Shown here: piece after piece, positions 49,641 through 58,915 of the stretch
Position numbering within the stretch: position 1 is the stretch's first letter
How the letters are laid out: each line of letters begins with the position of its first letter
From: Candidatus Anammoxibacter sp.
GTDB taxonomy: Bacteria; Planctomycetota; Brocadiia; Brocadiales; Anammoxibacteraceae
NCBI GenBank assembly: GCA_021777055.1
Contig: JAIQZO010000067.1
Location: forward strand, 135,932 to 199,931
Reading direction: 5' to 3'
DNA: 64,000 nt
Notes under the pieces: model-generated
Database searches by the model: none
Told to the model about the DNA's origin: nothing
What the model saw: the letters and a program-made list of their open reading frames with translations, nothing else
Program-made: the position numbers and the translations under genes

Positions 49641-50423
49641 TTAGATTAATGCTTTATTTCTTCTCTTTTTCCTAATGCCGGCACCAACTAGCCCTACCAA
49701 ACCTAGTCCTAGGAGTGCTACTGTGCCTGGTTCTGGTACAGGCTGAACTGATTCAACTATTACGACGAAATCGTCATAATCACCATCGCTGTAAGCTAAA
49801 TGTAAGTCTTCAAATGCGAGAATATATTCGTTGTCTGTCCATAAACCAGGGGCAAATCCGGGCATCTGTATCGTGTCGGTATCATTTCCCTGGTAGGATA
49901 CCATATGGTCATATCCATCACTATTTAGGCTGGTATCAGAATACCACGTTTTTATATTGTTTGGATTATGTGTGTCTTCCAGGAAATAACCGAAGCTATT
50001 ACCAGCAAAAAAAACACCGGTTGATGCAAAATTAATGACAACTTCTCCAGTATCTTTAATTCCTATCGCTTTTTGATCTCCAGAGCTATCCGAACCCTCA
50101 AAAAGTACAACTTTATTGGAACTATCAGTTTGGTCATATATACCAAATTGGTTGGTTCCTGCATAACCAGCTAATTCAATTATTATTGTGGAAATAGAAC
50201 CACCTGACCCGGTAATTGACCAATAAGAATCGTTTGTATCTGATAGCGCATCAGTTGTGACATCTACAGTGCTAGGTCCACCAACTGTAATATCATCTAT
50301 GATTCCCTGTAAAGAAGCCCCTCCGTCACCGAAAGTCATAGGGGCAGACAAGCCAACCTTGGCACTAATAAGGCACATGCTAAAAATACCGACAAATAAC
50401 AAAAATCGTTTATTCTTTTTCAT
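49641..50423 (-). CDS. PEP-CTERM protein (DUF4114-like)
   Basis: Signal peptide; FEDL...DYDDFVV; VPEPGT-TM-RKKRR. Confidence 0.9.
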   Translation of the reverse strand: MKKNKRFLLFVGIFSMCLISAKVGLSAPMTFGDGGASLQGIIDDITVGGPSTVDVTTDALSDTNDSYWSITGSGGSISTIIIELAGYAGTNQFGIYDQTDSSNKVVLFEGSDSSGDQKAIGIKDTGEVVINFASTGVFFAGNSFGYFLEDTHNPNNIKTWYSDTSLNSDGYDHMVSYQGNDTDTIQMPGFAPGLWTDNEYILAFEDLHLAYSDGDYDDFVVIVESVQPVPEPGTVALLGLGLVGLVGAGIRKKRRNKALI

Positions 50424-50598
50424 TTTTCTTCTCCGTCTTTAAATTGTACTAAACAATATTAAATAAATACCTGTGAAAGAGTCTATAGTTATTTACATTG
50501 TTTTCTCCTTTCTTCTTGAGAACCGTTTTTTACAAAAGTTATGGTAATTAATTAACGTGAGCTGTTCTTATGTTTTTCGTTAATCTTTATGTAAATCT

Positions 50599-50672
50599 TT
50601 TAAGCAATTATGATACCAAATACTGTGTTTTCTTTGTAAACATATCGTAACGTTTTTTGTATTAATTGGTTA
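50599..50672 (-). promoter_or_regulatory. sigma54 promoter plus IHF-like site for PEP-CTERM gene
   Basis: Minus strand TTGGTATCATAATTGCT (GG-N10-GC); IHF-like TATTAATTGGTTA at 50660-50672; PEP-CTERM genes are known to carry sigma54 sites. Confidence 0.65.
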
Positions 50673-50994
50673 CGCCTGGTTGTCTGCTCGCAGATATTTT
50701 CTCTGTTTATGTTTGTTGTTGTTAAAAATGCTAACGTTTGACGGTGTGTGTGTTCGTGTGTATTGTTTTAATATATTGTGGGTAGAGTGTTTAGGTGGTG
50801 GTATATATGTGACGTTTGCGTTGTTGGGTTTGCTCCGGTGTTTTTTCTGCTTTTTTTTGGGGTATCTGATTTAAATATTATACTTTTACGAAATGTATAT
50901 ATGAGGTATGCTTTTCGAATGTGTTTGAATAATGGTGGTTCTTTCTCTGTTCTTTAGTTATCCAATAAAGCTGTAGTTTCTCCTCTTTAAATCA

Positions 50995-51023
50995 TTGACA
51001 ATATGCTTTTAATATTTGATAAT
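50995..51023 (+). promoter_or_regulatory. sigma70 promoter for lepB
   Basis: TTGACA-17-GATAAT. Confidence 0.55.
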
Positions 51024-51123
51024 AAGAAAAATTCCCAGACTGGTAATGGTTTTAACCTTGTATGGAAATTGTAATTAACTGAAATTTAAACTATTTGGCG
51101 TAGAATATTATAGAAAAGAAATT

Positions 51124-52686
51124 ATGGATGAAAGTAAGGATGTTGTGTCGGATATTGATGGAGAAGATGGAAAGAAGAAAAAGAAGCCAAAAAACAAGAT
51201 CAGGGAAAATTTAGAGTCAATATTGATTGCGATTGCAATGGCGGTATGCATTCGTTATTTTGTTGTAGAGGCGTTTAAGATACCAACTGGCTCAATGGCG
51301 CCAACGCTTCTTGGTCAACATAAAGCGGTTACTTGTCCTAATTGTCGCTGGGATTTCAGGGCGGACCACAATAGCAATACAGTTTTATGTCCTAATTGTG
51401 TTTACGAGTTAGATATATCAAGATATTGTGAGCAATGTAATCATCTACTAGATTTCGCTAAACCGGAAGGGTTGCGAAAAAGTGCGTTATGTCCTGATTG
51501 CGGAGTAGATTTAACAAAACAGGATGCTTCCAATAGGGTAAGACATGGCGGTAACAGGATTGCTGTAAACAAGTTTATATATAAGTTTAAGGATGCGAAG
51601 AGATGGGACGTTATTGTGTTTATCTATCCACTTTATGATGCAACCTGTAAGAGCTGTTCTACTAAATATAATAATGCTCCTTTAGATCACGGGTTTAAAT
51701 GTAGGAAATGTGGATCAAAAAGGTTTAGTAAGAAGAAAAAGAATTATATAAAGAGGCTGATAGGGCTTCCAGGGGAGAAACTTCAGATAATAAACGGAGA
51801 TATATATATAGATGGCCAAATAGTTCAAAAGCCTAAAAAAATACAGAAAGAGTTGTGGATGCCTGTATATAACAGTAATTTTCCGCCGAAAGAAGAGGTC
51901 GTTCCCACATGGAGAATAGATAATCCCCATTGGAAATTTGATAATACAACCTTACAATTATCAATGCAAGGGAAAGAAAATGCTCCAGCTTTCATAACGT
52001 TTGGCCAGAAGATTACAGACCTTACATCATATAATGATAAAAACATATCTTCTCTTGTGACGGGTGATGTTAAAATAGAGTTTGATATTGAAGTTGAAGC
52101 ATCAGATTCTGGTGGTATCCATATGGTGTTAGAAGAAGATGATAAGATCTTTGATGCATTTCTTGCTGTTAACAGGAACAAGCAGAAAGGTTCGTATCTT
52201 TCTGTTGTTGAAAATTTAGGTGATAGTAATGATGGTGTAGGTAAAAGAAAAAAAGATTTTGTGGCGGAAAATAAAGAATTATTTCTTGAACCTGGTAAAC
52301 TTTACCATGTTGTGTTTTCAAATGTTGATAATGTCGTAAAGCTGTCCTTGGATAAATCTGAGGTTTTTTCATATCTTTATGATATCGACAAGTTGCCAAA
52401 ACGTATTTTTGCACCCAGGAGTGGTATAAAACTAGGTGGGATAAATACAAACGCAACCATTGAGAATGTAGAGATTTATAGAGATATATATTATTCTAAC
52501 CTTCCATCTGCCCAATATGCAACCAAAGCCCCTGTACAGCTAGGCGAGAAAGATTATTTTGCCTTGGGTGACAATAGCAGAAACAGTAATGACAGTAGGG
52601 TTTGGGGGGTGGTTCCTGAGAAAAATTTAGTTGGTAAGGCCTTTTTTGTCTGGTGGCCTATTAGTACTTTCAAGATTATACGGTAG
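51124..52686 (+). CDS. lepB: signal peptidase I with Zn-ribbon and beta-domain insertions
   Basis: IPTGSMAPTL, YIKRLIGLPG, LGDNSRNSNDSR; six CxxC. Confidence 0.9.
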   Translation: MDESKDVVSDIDGEDGKKKKKPKNKIRENLESILIAIAMAVCIRYFVVEAFKIPTGSMAPTLLGQHKAVTCPNCRWDFRADHNSNTVLCPNCVYELDISRYCEQCNHLLDFAKPEGLRKSALCPDCGVDLTKQDASNRVRHGGNRIAVNKFIYKFKDAKRWDVIVFIYPLYDATCKSCSTKYNNAPLDHGFKCRKCGSKRFSKKKKNYIKRLIGLPGEKLQIINGDIYIDGQIVQKPKKIQKELWMPVYNSNFPPKEEVVPTWRIDNPHWKFDNTTLQLSMQGKENAPAFITFGQKITDLTSYNDKNISSLVTGDVKIEFDIEVEASDSGGIHMVLEEDDKIFDAFLAVNRNKQKGSYLSVVENLGDSNDGVGKRKKDFVAENKELFLEPGKLYHVVFSNVDNVVKLSLDKSEVFSYLYDIDKLPKRIFAPRSGIKLGGINTNATIENVEIYRDIYYSNLPSAQYATKAPVQLGEKDYFALGDNSRNSNDSRVWGVVPEKNLVGKAFFVWWPISTFKIIR

Positions 52687-52754
52687 TTATAGGGTATATG
52701 GAATTTAACGTAACATCAGAATAAGTTTGGTATATACATAGGAGTCGCTGATAT

Positions 52755-53471
52755 ATGAAGCTGTTAGATGTAAAAGGATTAACAAAGTCATTTAATAAAA
52801 GAAAAGTTGTCAATAATGTTGACTTTGACGTTTTTCCAGGAGAGATTATAGGACTTTTAGGGAAAAACGGGGCAGGTAAAAGTACTCTCTTTAGGATGAT
52901 TATCGGTTTAATAAAGCCGGATGAAGGTAAAGTCTTTTTTCAGAATAATGAGATCACAAAGGAGCCCATATATATGCGTGCACGCCATGGTATGGGTTAT
53001 TTGGCCCAGGACTCGTCGATATTTCAGAAACTGACGACTGAAGAGAATATATTGGCAATACTTGAAACACTAAAATATAACAGAAATGAGAAACAGGAAA
53101 AGCTTCTAAAACTGTTAAGTGAGTTTGGGTTGACAAAACTTGCAAAGATGAAGGCCTTTACATTGTCTGGTGGTGAAAGGCGCCGACTGGAGATTGCTCG
53201 TTCATTGGCATCGTCTCCATCATTAATTCTATTAGACGAGCCGTTTACAGGGGTTGATCCAATCGCGATTGGTGAGGTAAAGGATATTATTATGCATCTA
53301 AAAGATAAAGGGATTGGTATATTAATTACTGATCATAATGTTCGTGATGCCCTGAGTATTACTGATCGTTCATATATATTAGATGAAGGTAACGTTATTA
53401 CTAAAGGTACTACAAGTGAAATACTTGATGATCCTCTAGCCAGAAAATCATATTTAGGGGAAGAGTGGTAA
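52755..53471 (+). CDS. lptB: LPS export ABC ATPase
   Basis: GKNGAGKS, LSGGERRRLEIAR, DEPFTGVDP, ITDHNVR. Confidence 0.92.
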   Translation: MKLLDVKGLTKSFNKRKVVNNVDFDVFPGEIIGLLGKNGAGKSTLFRMIIGLIKPDEGKVFFQNNEITKEPIYMRARHGMGYLAQDSSIFQKLTTEENILAILETLKYNRNEKQEKLLKLLSEFGLTKLAKMKAFTLSGGERRRLEIARSLASSPSLILLDEPFTGVDPIAIGEVKDIIMHLKDKGIGILITDHNVRDALSITDRSYILDEGNVITKGTTSEILDDPLARKSYLGEEW

Positions 53472-53577
53472 GGAAAACATTAAACCAAGGATCTCCCTTT
53501 TTCAGCATATTTATATTATATTTGTACACATTAAAGCATTTACGTCGTTAATGTTATGCTTTTGGTTTTGTCCTAAC

Positions 53578-55146
53578 TCATTTTCGAAAACTTTTCCAGA
53601 AAAGAAAGAAGCCTAAAATTACAAGGACAACGTTTGCACCCCATATTGATGGGATTATTGCTAATTGGTCTTCTGCAAAAATTACTCCTACAACGGATAG
53701 CGGATAGTAAACAAGTATAACAGTTAAGAAACTGAGGCCAAAACTTATTAATATGTTTCCTGTTCTTGTTAAGATTCCCAATGGTATTCCTATTAATGCA
53801 AATGTTATGCAAAGAAATGAAGAGGATATTCTTTTATGTATGGTGATCTGGAGTTCGTCAGCTTTTTTCTGCCCCTGCTCAAACAATGAGTAGTTTAAAA
53901 GGGCTTCACCTTCTTTATTTAGAACGAGAATATCTTCTTTTATCTTTTTTGAATTGGCTTCTAATGTCTGTAATTCTTCCTTTCTTGATGAAATAGATTT
54001 CCGTACAGATTTCAAATCGGCTCTTTTCTTTTCTTTGGTTGTGCGATACCCCGCAAGCTTTTCGTTTATTTGCTCTATCTTTTCGGTATCAATGCTTCCT
54101 GTGTTAGCATCAAAACGTTCCAGCTCTATATTTAGGACTGCGATATGGCCTTCTATCGTCTCTAGGTCGCTTTTTAGGTTTTCGCTGTCAGATTCTTTAA
54201 GCTCCATATTACTTTTGATTTCTATAATTTTTTGGTCTGTATCATTCTGGTTAATTAGAAAATCATCGTATTTTTTCTTAAACTTTCTCAGCTTCTTTTT
54301 GGCTGTCTTTGCAAACTCTTTTTTTCCTTCAAAATTAAGATCAAGCGCGTATTTGTCCAATTCGTTGTTGATATAATTTCTTTCATCGTTAAGTTCAGTT
54401 AGTGTCATATATTTCTTTGAAGTGGTGGCTATCTCTTTGTCGCTAATAGGTATTTCAAAACTCATCTCTTCAAAACTTCCAATCATTGGTATTTCAGTAG
54501 GCTTTTTATAATTCATCTTGGCAAAATCGCCATTTTCTAGGGTAAGTACCAATGCTCGTTCATCTTCTGACATTGTTATAGTTCCTTCTTCAGCCAAAAG
54601 AATATTTGTTACATAGTCTTTAAAATATTCAATAATTGCAAGGTTTTTGTAGGTGTTGTTTTCAACTTTTCCTATATAAATGTGGTAAGGGTCAAAAACT
54701 ATCTTTTTCTTAACCGTTGATATTTTCCTTGATAGGATTGAACTTACAGCTGTTTCTTTTAAGGTCTTTATCTTTTTGTTTGAACTTGGTAACATTTCCG
54801 CATTAAGGTAGAACGTGAGAAATGCTAACAATATGCTCATGATGATTACCGGTGTAATAATAACGGATAGGTGTGCACCGCTGGTCCTGATGGCTAAGAT
54901 TTCATTGTTTGAACTCATTTGCCCGTAGGACATGACAATTGCGGCAAGAAATGATATTGGCAGTGCGTCAGGGCAGGCAAATAGCATCAAGTGAGGGAGT
55001 ATAGTCCGTATATCTATTATGTCTAAACCCTTGTGTAGGAGCTGTATAGTAAGGCCTAGGAGTATCAAAGATCCAAAACCACAAAAAGCAGGTACAAATG
55101 TCCTAAGTACCTCTTTTATTATGTAACTTGGTAAAATATATTTCAA
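53578..55146 (-). CDS. LptF/LptG family permease with coiled-coil insertion
   Basis: NEILAIRTSG, HKR...ALIGIPLG; 3+3 TM layout. Confidence 0.85.
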   Translation of the reverse strand: MKYILPSYIIKEVLRTFVPAFCGFGSLILLGLTIQLLHKGLDIIDIRTILPHLMLFACPDALPISFLAAIVMSYGQMSSNNEILAIRTSGAHLSVIITPVIIMSILLAFLTFYLNAEMLPSSNKKIKTLKETAVSSILSRKISTVKKKIVFDPYHIYIGKVENNTYKNLAIIEYFKDYVTNILLAEEGTITMSEDERALVLTLENGDFAKMNYKKPTEIPMIGSFEEMSFEIPISDKEIATTSKKYMTLTELNDERNYINNELDKYALDLNFEGKKEFAKTAKKKLRKFKKKYDDFLINQNDTDQKIIEIKSNMELKESDSENLKSDLETIEGHIAVLNIELERFDANTGSIDTEKIEQINEKLAGYRTTKEKKRADLKSVRKSISSRKEELQTLEANSKKIKEDILVLNKEGEALLNYSLFEQGQKKADELQITIHKRISSSFLCITFALIGIPLGILTRTGNILISFGLSFLTVILVYYPLSVVGVIFAEDQLAIIPSIWGANVVLVILGFFLFWKSFRK

Positions 55147-55240
55147 AAATCACCTCTTTTTAATATTTGATCAGTTGCAAGAAAATCTTTCACAATAAAA
55201 TATCAGAAATAATCATCTAATTCAAGTTATTCATATGTTA

Positions 55241-55271
55241 ACAATTATAACAAAACAATTATAACAAAACA
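55241..55271. repeat. 14-bp direct tandem repeat
   Basis: ACAATTATAACAAA x2 plus ACA. Confidence 0.7.
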
Positions 55272-55673
55272 TTTTTTGACTCCCCCCGGTAGGTCAGGTC
55301 TATTTGAACTTTTAATTTCTTTATGATAGGTGTAAAATGTGATTGTTGTTATTCTATCTTGACGGAGTCGTGTTGGAATGGTTTTCCAATCAATCATGTT
55401 TTTTTCGTGTGAAGCAACCCTCTGTTTATCGTCTGAACTACTTACAGTGATTGTGCTGACTATCTTTAATCAATGTAGAGGGATAGCGGGCTAATATTGG
55501 AGCTTTAGAGATGTAGTTAACTAGAATTTTGTACTTTGGTGACAATGTCATTGGACATGATCTTTGAAATGCCCATAAGTGTCATCGTATTAAGGAATAA
55601 TTTGGCTACGCAAGCAAAGTTCTAATAGCTTAATAATTAAGAGAAAAAAAATTTTAAAAATCTTTGAAAGGGA

Positions 55674-56219
55674 TTGATTATGATGAGAATAAAAAATCTT
55701 TTGCAAAAAAGAGTTTTTACGGTAATAAGCTTTGTTGCTCTTGCTTTTATAATGACAGGATTTACTTTACCAAGTATTCATATGCGTATCAGAGATGATG
55801 GCAGACCGATGAAAGCTCTTAAAGAGATAAGTGGCCGGTGTCTTACAAAGGATTCGGAACTTTTATTGATGTTCAGTGCGGTAAATGATCCTGATGAGCT
55901 TATTGCAGATGAGGAACTCTTCTTTAACTTGGATATTCAGTTTGACGATATATCTCAAATTCCTTTGGGTGTACCTTTAGATATAACAGATAATCCTGAT
56001 ATTAATGCAAGTGCTGGAATTTTGTGTTTTTGTTTGCCACCTCAAAATCCATTATCATTGGCAACTGGCGTTATTACAATTAAATCATTTTCTGAAGATT
56101 TTATATCTGGAAGTTTGATTCTTTCATTTCAAGATCCATCTGGATTAAACATAAATGTAGATAGGTCGTTAAGCTTCTGGACAAGGTTTGCAAGGATCCC
56201 TTGCAATAGTGCGGAATGA
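55674..56219 (+). CDS. exported/membrane-anchored hypothetical protein
   Basis: N-terminal hydrophobic helix; 181 aa. Confidence 0.65.
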   Translation: MIMMRIKNLLQKRVFTVISFVALAFIMTGFTLPSIHMRIRDDGRPMKALKEISGRCLTKDSELLLMFSAVNDPDELIADEELFFNLDIQFDDISQIPLGVPLDITDNPDINASAGILCFCLPPQNPLSLATGVITIKSFSEDFISGSLILSFQDPSGLNINVDRSLSFWTRFARIPCNSAE

Positions 56220-56486
56220 CAACATGTTAAGAAAATACAAGCTTAATGGTGCTGGCTAAATTGGTGCCATCTGATTGATCTCTGCTCTCTGAGAAGATTT
56301 CCGTCAATTTAACTATATGGAGGGACATTAGAGCCGGACCTTGTCATTTTTTTGCAAAACCATTAATTTCTGACCATCATGAATAATATTGTTGTCTGCA
56401 TTTAGGGTCTATATTTCCCCTCTGTGGTGTATGGTATGTTGTAATGTGTTGTATTACAAAGGTTTTGCGGTGTGGCATATTCTGGC

Positions 56487-57698
56487 TTATCTTGGTTTAA
56501 GCCCTTCAATAATACTTTCTACAATATGCTTTAGATCATTGTCTGTAAGAGATGGGTATATGGGTAGGCTTACAGCGTTCTTGTAGAATGATTCTGCTTC
56601 TGGGAAATCGCCTTCTTTAAAGCGGAATCTCTTTTGGTAGTATGGCTGTAGGTGTATAGGTATGTAGTGTACTTGTAGTGATATCCCTTTTTTCTGCATC
56701 CTCTTGAAAAATTCGTTTCTTGTTGTACTTAAGGAGTCAAATGTAATCTGTACAGTGTATAGATGGTTGGCTGATTGGCTGTTTTTCTGTGCTACAGGAA
56801 GCTTTATATGTGGGGAATCTTTTAAGGATTCATTGTAAACTGTGGCAATTTCTTGTCTTCGTTCCATGAACTTGTCTATTTTCTTTACCTGGTTTGTTCC
56901 CAGGGCGCATTGTATATCGGTTATTCTGTAATTGAATCCTAACGCCTGCATTTCGTAATACCAGGGGTTTGGAGTGTTTTCTGTGTATGCAAGGTTGTTG
57001 TTTATAAAACTCTCTTGATCTTTTGTTATGCCGTGGCATCTGAACAGTTTTAGCTTTTCGTAGAGATCTTTGTCGTTTGTGGTAATTATACCGCCTTCTC
57101 CCGTAGTTATTGATTTTACGGGGTGAAAGCTGAAAACTGCGGCATGGGAATGGGAACAGCTGCCTACTTTATGCCAGTTTCCATCGTTGTCCTGCCATTT
57201 GGCGCCCAAAGCGTGGCATGCATCTTCTATTATTACTAAATTATTTTTTTTGGCAATGGTTGATATCGCCTCCATATTACATGGCAAACCTGCGAAATGG
57301 ACGGGGACTATTGCTTTCAGTGGATGATCATTATCGTTGGTGTTAATGTGTGAAACTGTTTTATCTATTTTGTCTGGAGATATGTTGTATGTCGTCGGGT
57401 TGATATCTGCCAGATATGGCTTTGCCCCTGCGTATAGAGCGGCATTTGCAGTTGCGGCGAATGTTAATGGACTAGTGATTATAGAATCATTTCTGCCCAG
57501 CCCTGCAGCTAGGTATGCAAGATGGAGTGCCGCAGTACCGTTACAGCAGGCAACTGCGTAGTGCGCGTTGCAATAATCTGCAAATGTATCTTCAAACTCT
57601 TCGACGTGAAAACCTTGTGTTAGCCAACCTGAACGAAGGGCATCTGTTACCGCAGTGATATCGCTTTCATCTATTGTCTGTTTTCCGTAAGATATCAT
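56487..57698 (-). CDS. pseC: UDP-4-amino-4,6-dideoxy-N-acetyl-beta-L-altrosamine transaminase
   Basis: MISYGKQ, WLTQG, EDACHALG, FSFHPVKSITTGEGG, QVHYIP; coupled to pseB. Confidence 0.88.
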   Translation of the reverse strand: MISYGKQTIDESDITAVTDALRSGWLTQGFHVEEFEDTFADYCNAHYAVACCNGTAALHLAYLAAGLGRNDSIITSPLTFAATANAALYAGAKPYLADINPTTYNISPDKIDKTVSHINTNDNDHPLKAIVPVHFAGLPCNMEAISTIAKKNNLVIIEDACHALGAKWQDNDGNWHKVGSCSHSHAAVFSFHPVKSITTGEGGIITTNDKDLYEKLKLFRCHGITKDQESFINNNLAYTENTPNPWYYEMQALGFNYRITDIQCALGTNQVKKIDKFMERRQEIATVYNESLKDSPHIKLPVAQKNSQSANHLYTVQITFDSLSTTRNEFFKRMQKKGISLQVHYIPIHLQPYYQKRFRFKEGDFPEAESFYKNAVSLPIYPSLTDNDLKHIVESIIEGLKPR

Positions 57699-58710
57699 TA
57701 TCCTGTCCTTTGAAATGCTCGTTGATTAATCTCTTCGTTTCTTTAGAGGAGAGTTTCTCTGGGTTGTTGTTACTGGCGTACTTAAACCCTTCCTTTACAG
57801 GTTTTCCGTTCTTGTTTGCCGCTTTATTTCCTGTCAATGATGCAAGGTAAGGTAGTATGGTAAAGTGGTCTTGTGACTCCAATGTGTACATGGCGTCTTC
57901 TTCCGTTATCAGTGTTTCGTGCAGTTTTTCCCCCGGCCTGATCCCAACGATTTCAGTGTTACACTCTGGCCCGATTGCTTTTGCTATGTCTAAAATTGTT
58001 GTACTCGGAATTTTTGGGACAAAGAGTTCACCTCCTCCCATCCATCTGAATACTTTTAATACAAAATCAACACTCTGTTGCAGGGTTATCCAGAACCTTG
58101 TCATTTTTTCATCTGTAATAGGGAGAGTTCCGGTGTTTTTTAACTTAAAGAACAGGGGAACAACACTTCCTCTGCTTCCTACAACGTTTCCGTACCTGAC
58201 AACACTAAACCGTGTAGCCTTCTGTCCCACATATGAGTTTCCAGAAATAAAAAGTTTGTCGGAACAGAGTTTTGAAGCGCCGTAAAGGTTGATGGGACTT
58301 GCGGCCTTATCTGTGCTAAGGGCGACAACCTTTTTCACTCCAACATCGATTGAGACGTCTATAACGTTTTGTGCTCCCAAGACATTTGTCTTTATTACTT
58401 CAAATGGATTGTACTCTGCAGTTGGTACATGTTTTAAAGCCGCAGCATGGACGATATAGTCAACACCTTCAAATGCCCTGTGAAGTCTGCTCTTGTCTCG
58501 GACATCACCTATGAAGAATCTTAAGCACGGGTCCGTGAATATCTGTTGCATTTCATACTGTTTAAACTCGTCCCTGCTAAATATAATAACTTTTTTTGGT
58601 TTATAATTGGCAAGGAGAGTTTTTGTAAGCATATTGCCAAAGGAACCGGTACCGCCTGTTACAAGTATTGTTTTTTCGCTAAATATATCGGAATTAGTCT
58701 TTTGTACCAT
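57667..58710 (-). CDS. pseB: UDP-GlcNAc 4,6-dehydratase (inverting)
   Basis: TGGTGSFG, FSRDEFKQ, AALKHVP, STDKA..P.NLYGASK, RYGNVVGSRGS. Confidence 0.92.
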   Translation of the reverse strand: MVQKTNSDIFSEKTILVTGGTGSFGNMLTKTLLANYKPKKVIIFSRDEFKQYEMQQIFTDPCLRFFIGDVRDKSRLHRAFEGVDYIVHAAALKHVPTAEYNPFEVIKTNVLGAQNVIDVSIDVGVKKVVALSTDKAASPINLYGASKLCSDKLFISGNSYVGQKATRFSVVRYGNVVGSRGSVVPLFFKLKNTGTLPITDEKMTRFWITLQQSVDFVLKVFRWMGGGELFVPKIPSTTILDIAKAIGPECNTEIVGIRPGEKLHETLITEEDAMYTLESQDHFTILPYLASLTGNKAANKNGKPVKEGFKYASNNNPEKLSSKETKRLINEHFKGQDNDILRKTDNR

Positions 58711-58915
58711 TTTTTTAGTAATGGAAATTAACTGTGGTTGTAAGAAAATAATAAACATTATACTACTCCAAATAATCGGATTAAAAAAGGTTTTATTTAA
58801 ATGAAAAATTTTTATTCTATAACGTTGCTTTTAGGACAATAAGGGCTATAATTAACTTGTAAATACAAAATTGTTCTGTTTATCTCTGTACACATTAAAA
58901 AAAGGAGAATAGTTT

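Noticed and set aside
56472-56487. TGGCATATTCTGGC as sigma54 site
   Set aside because: GG-GC spacing is 9 rather than 10, and it points into the 3' end of pseC.
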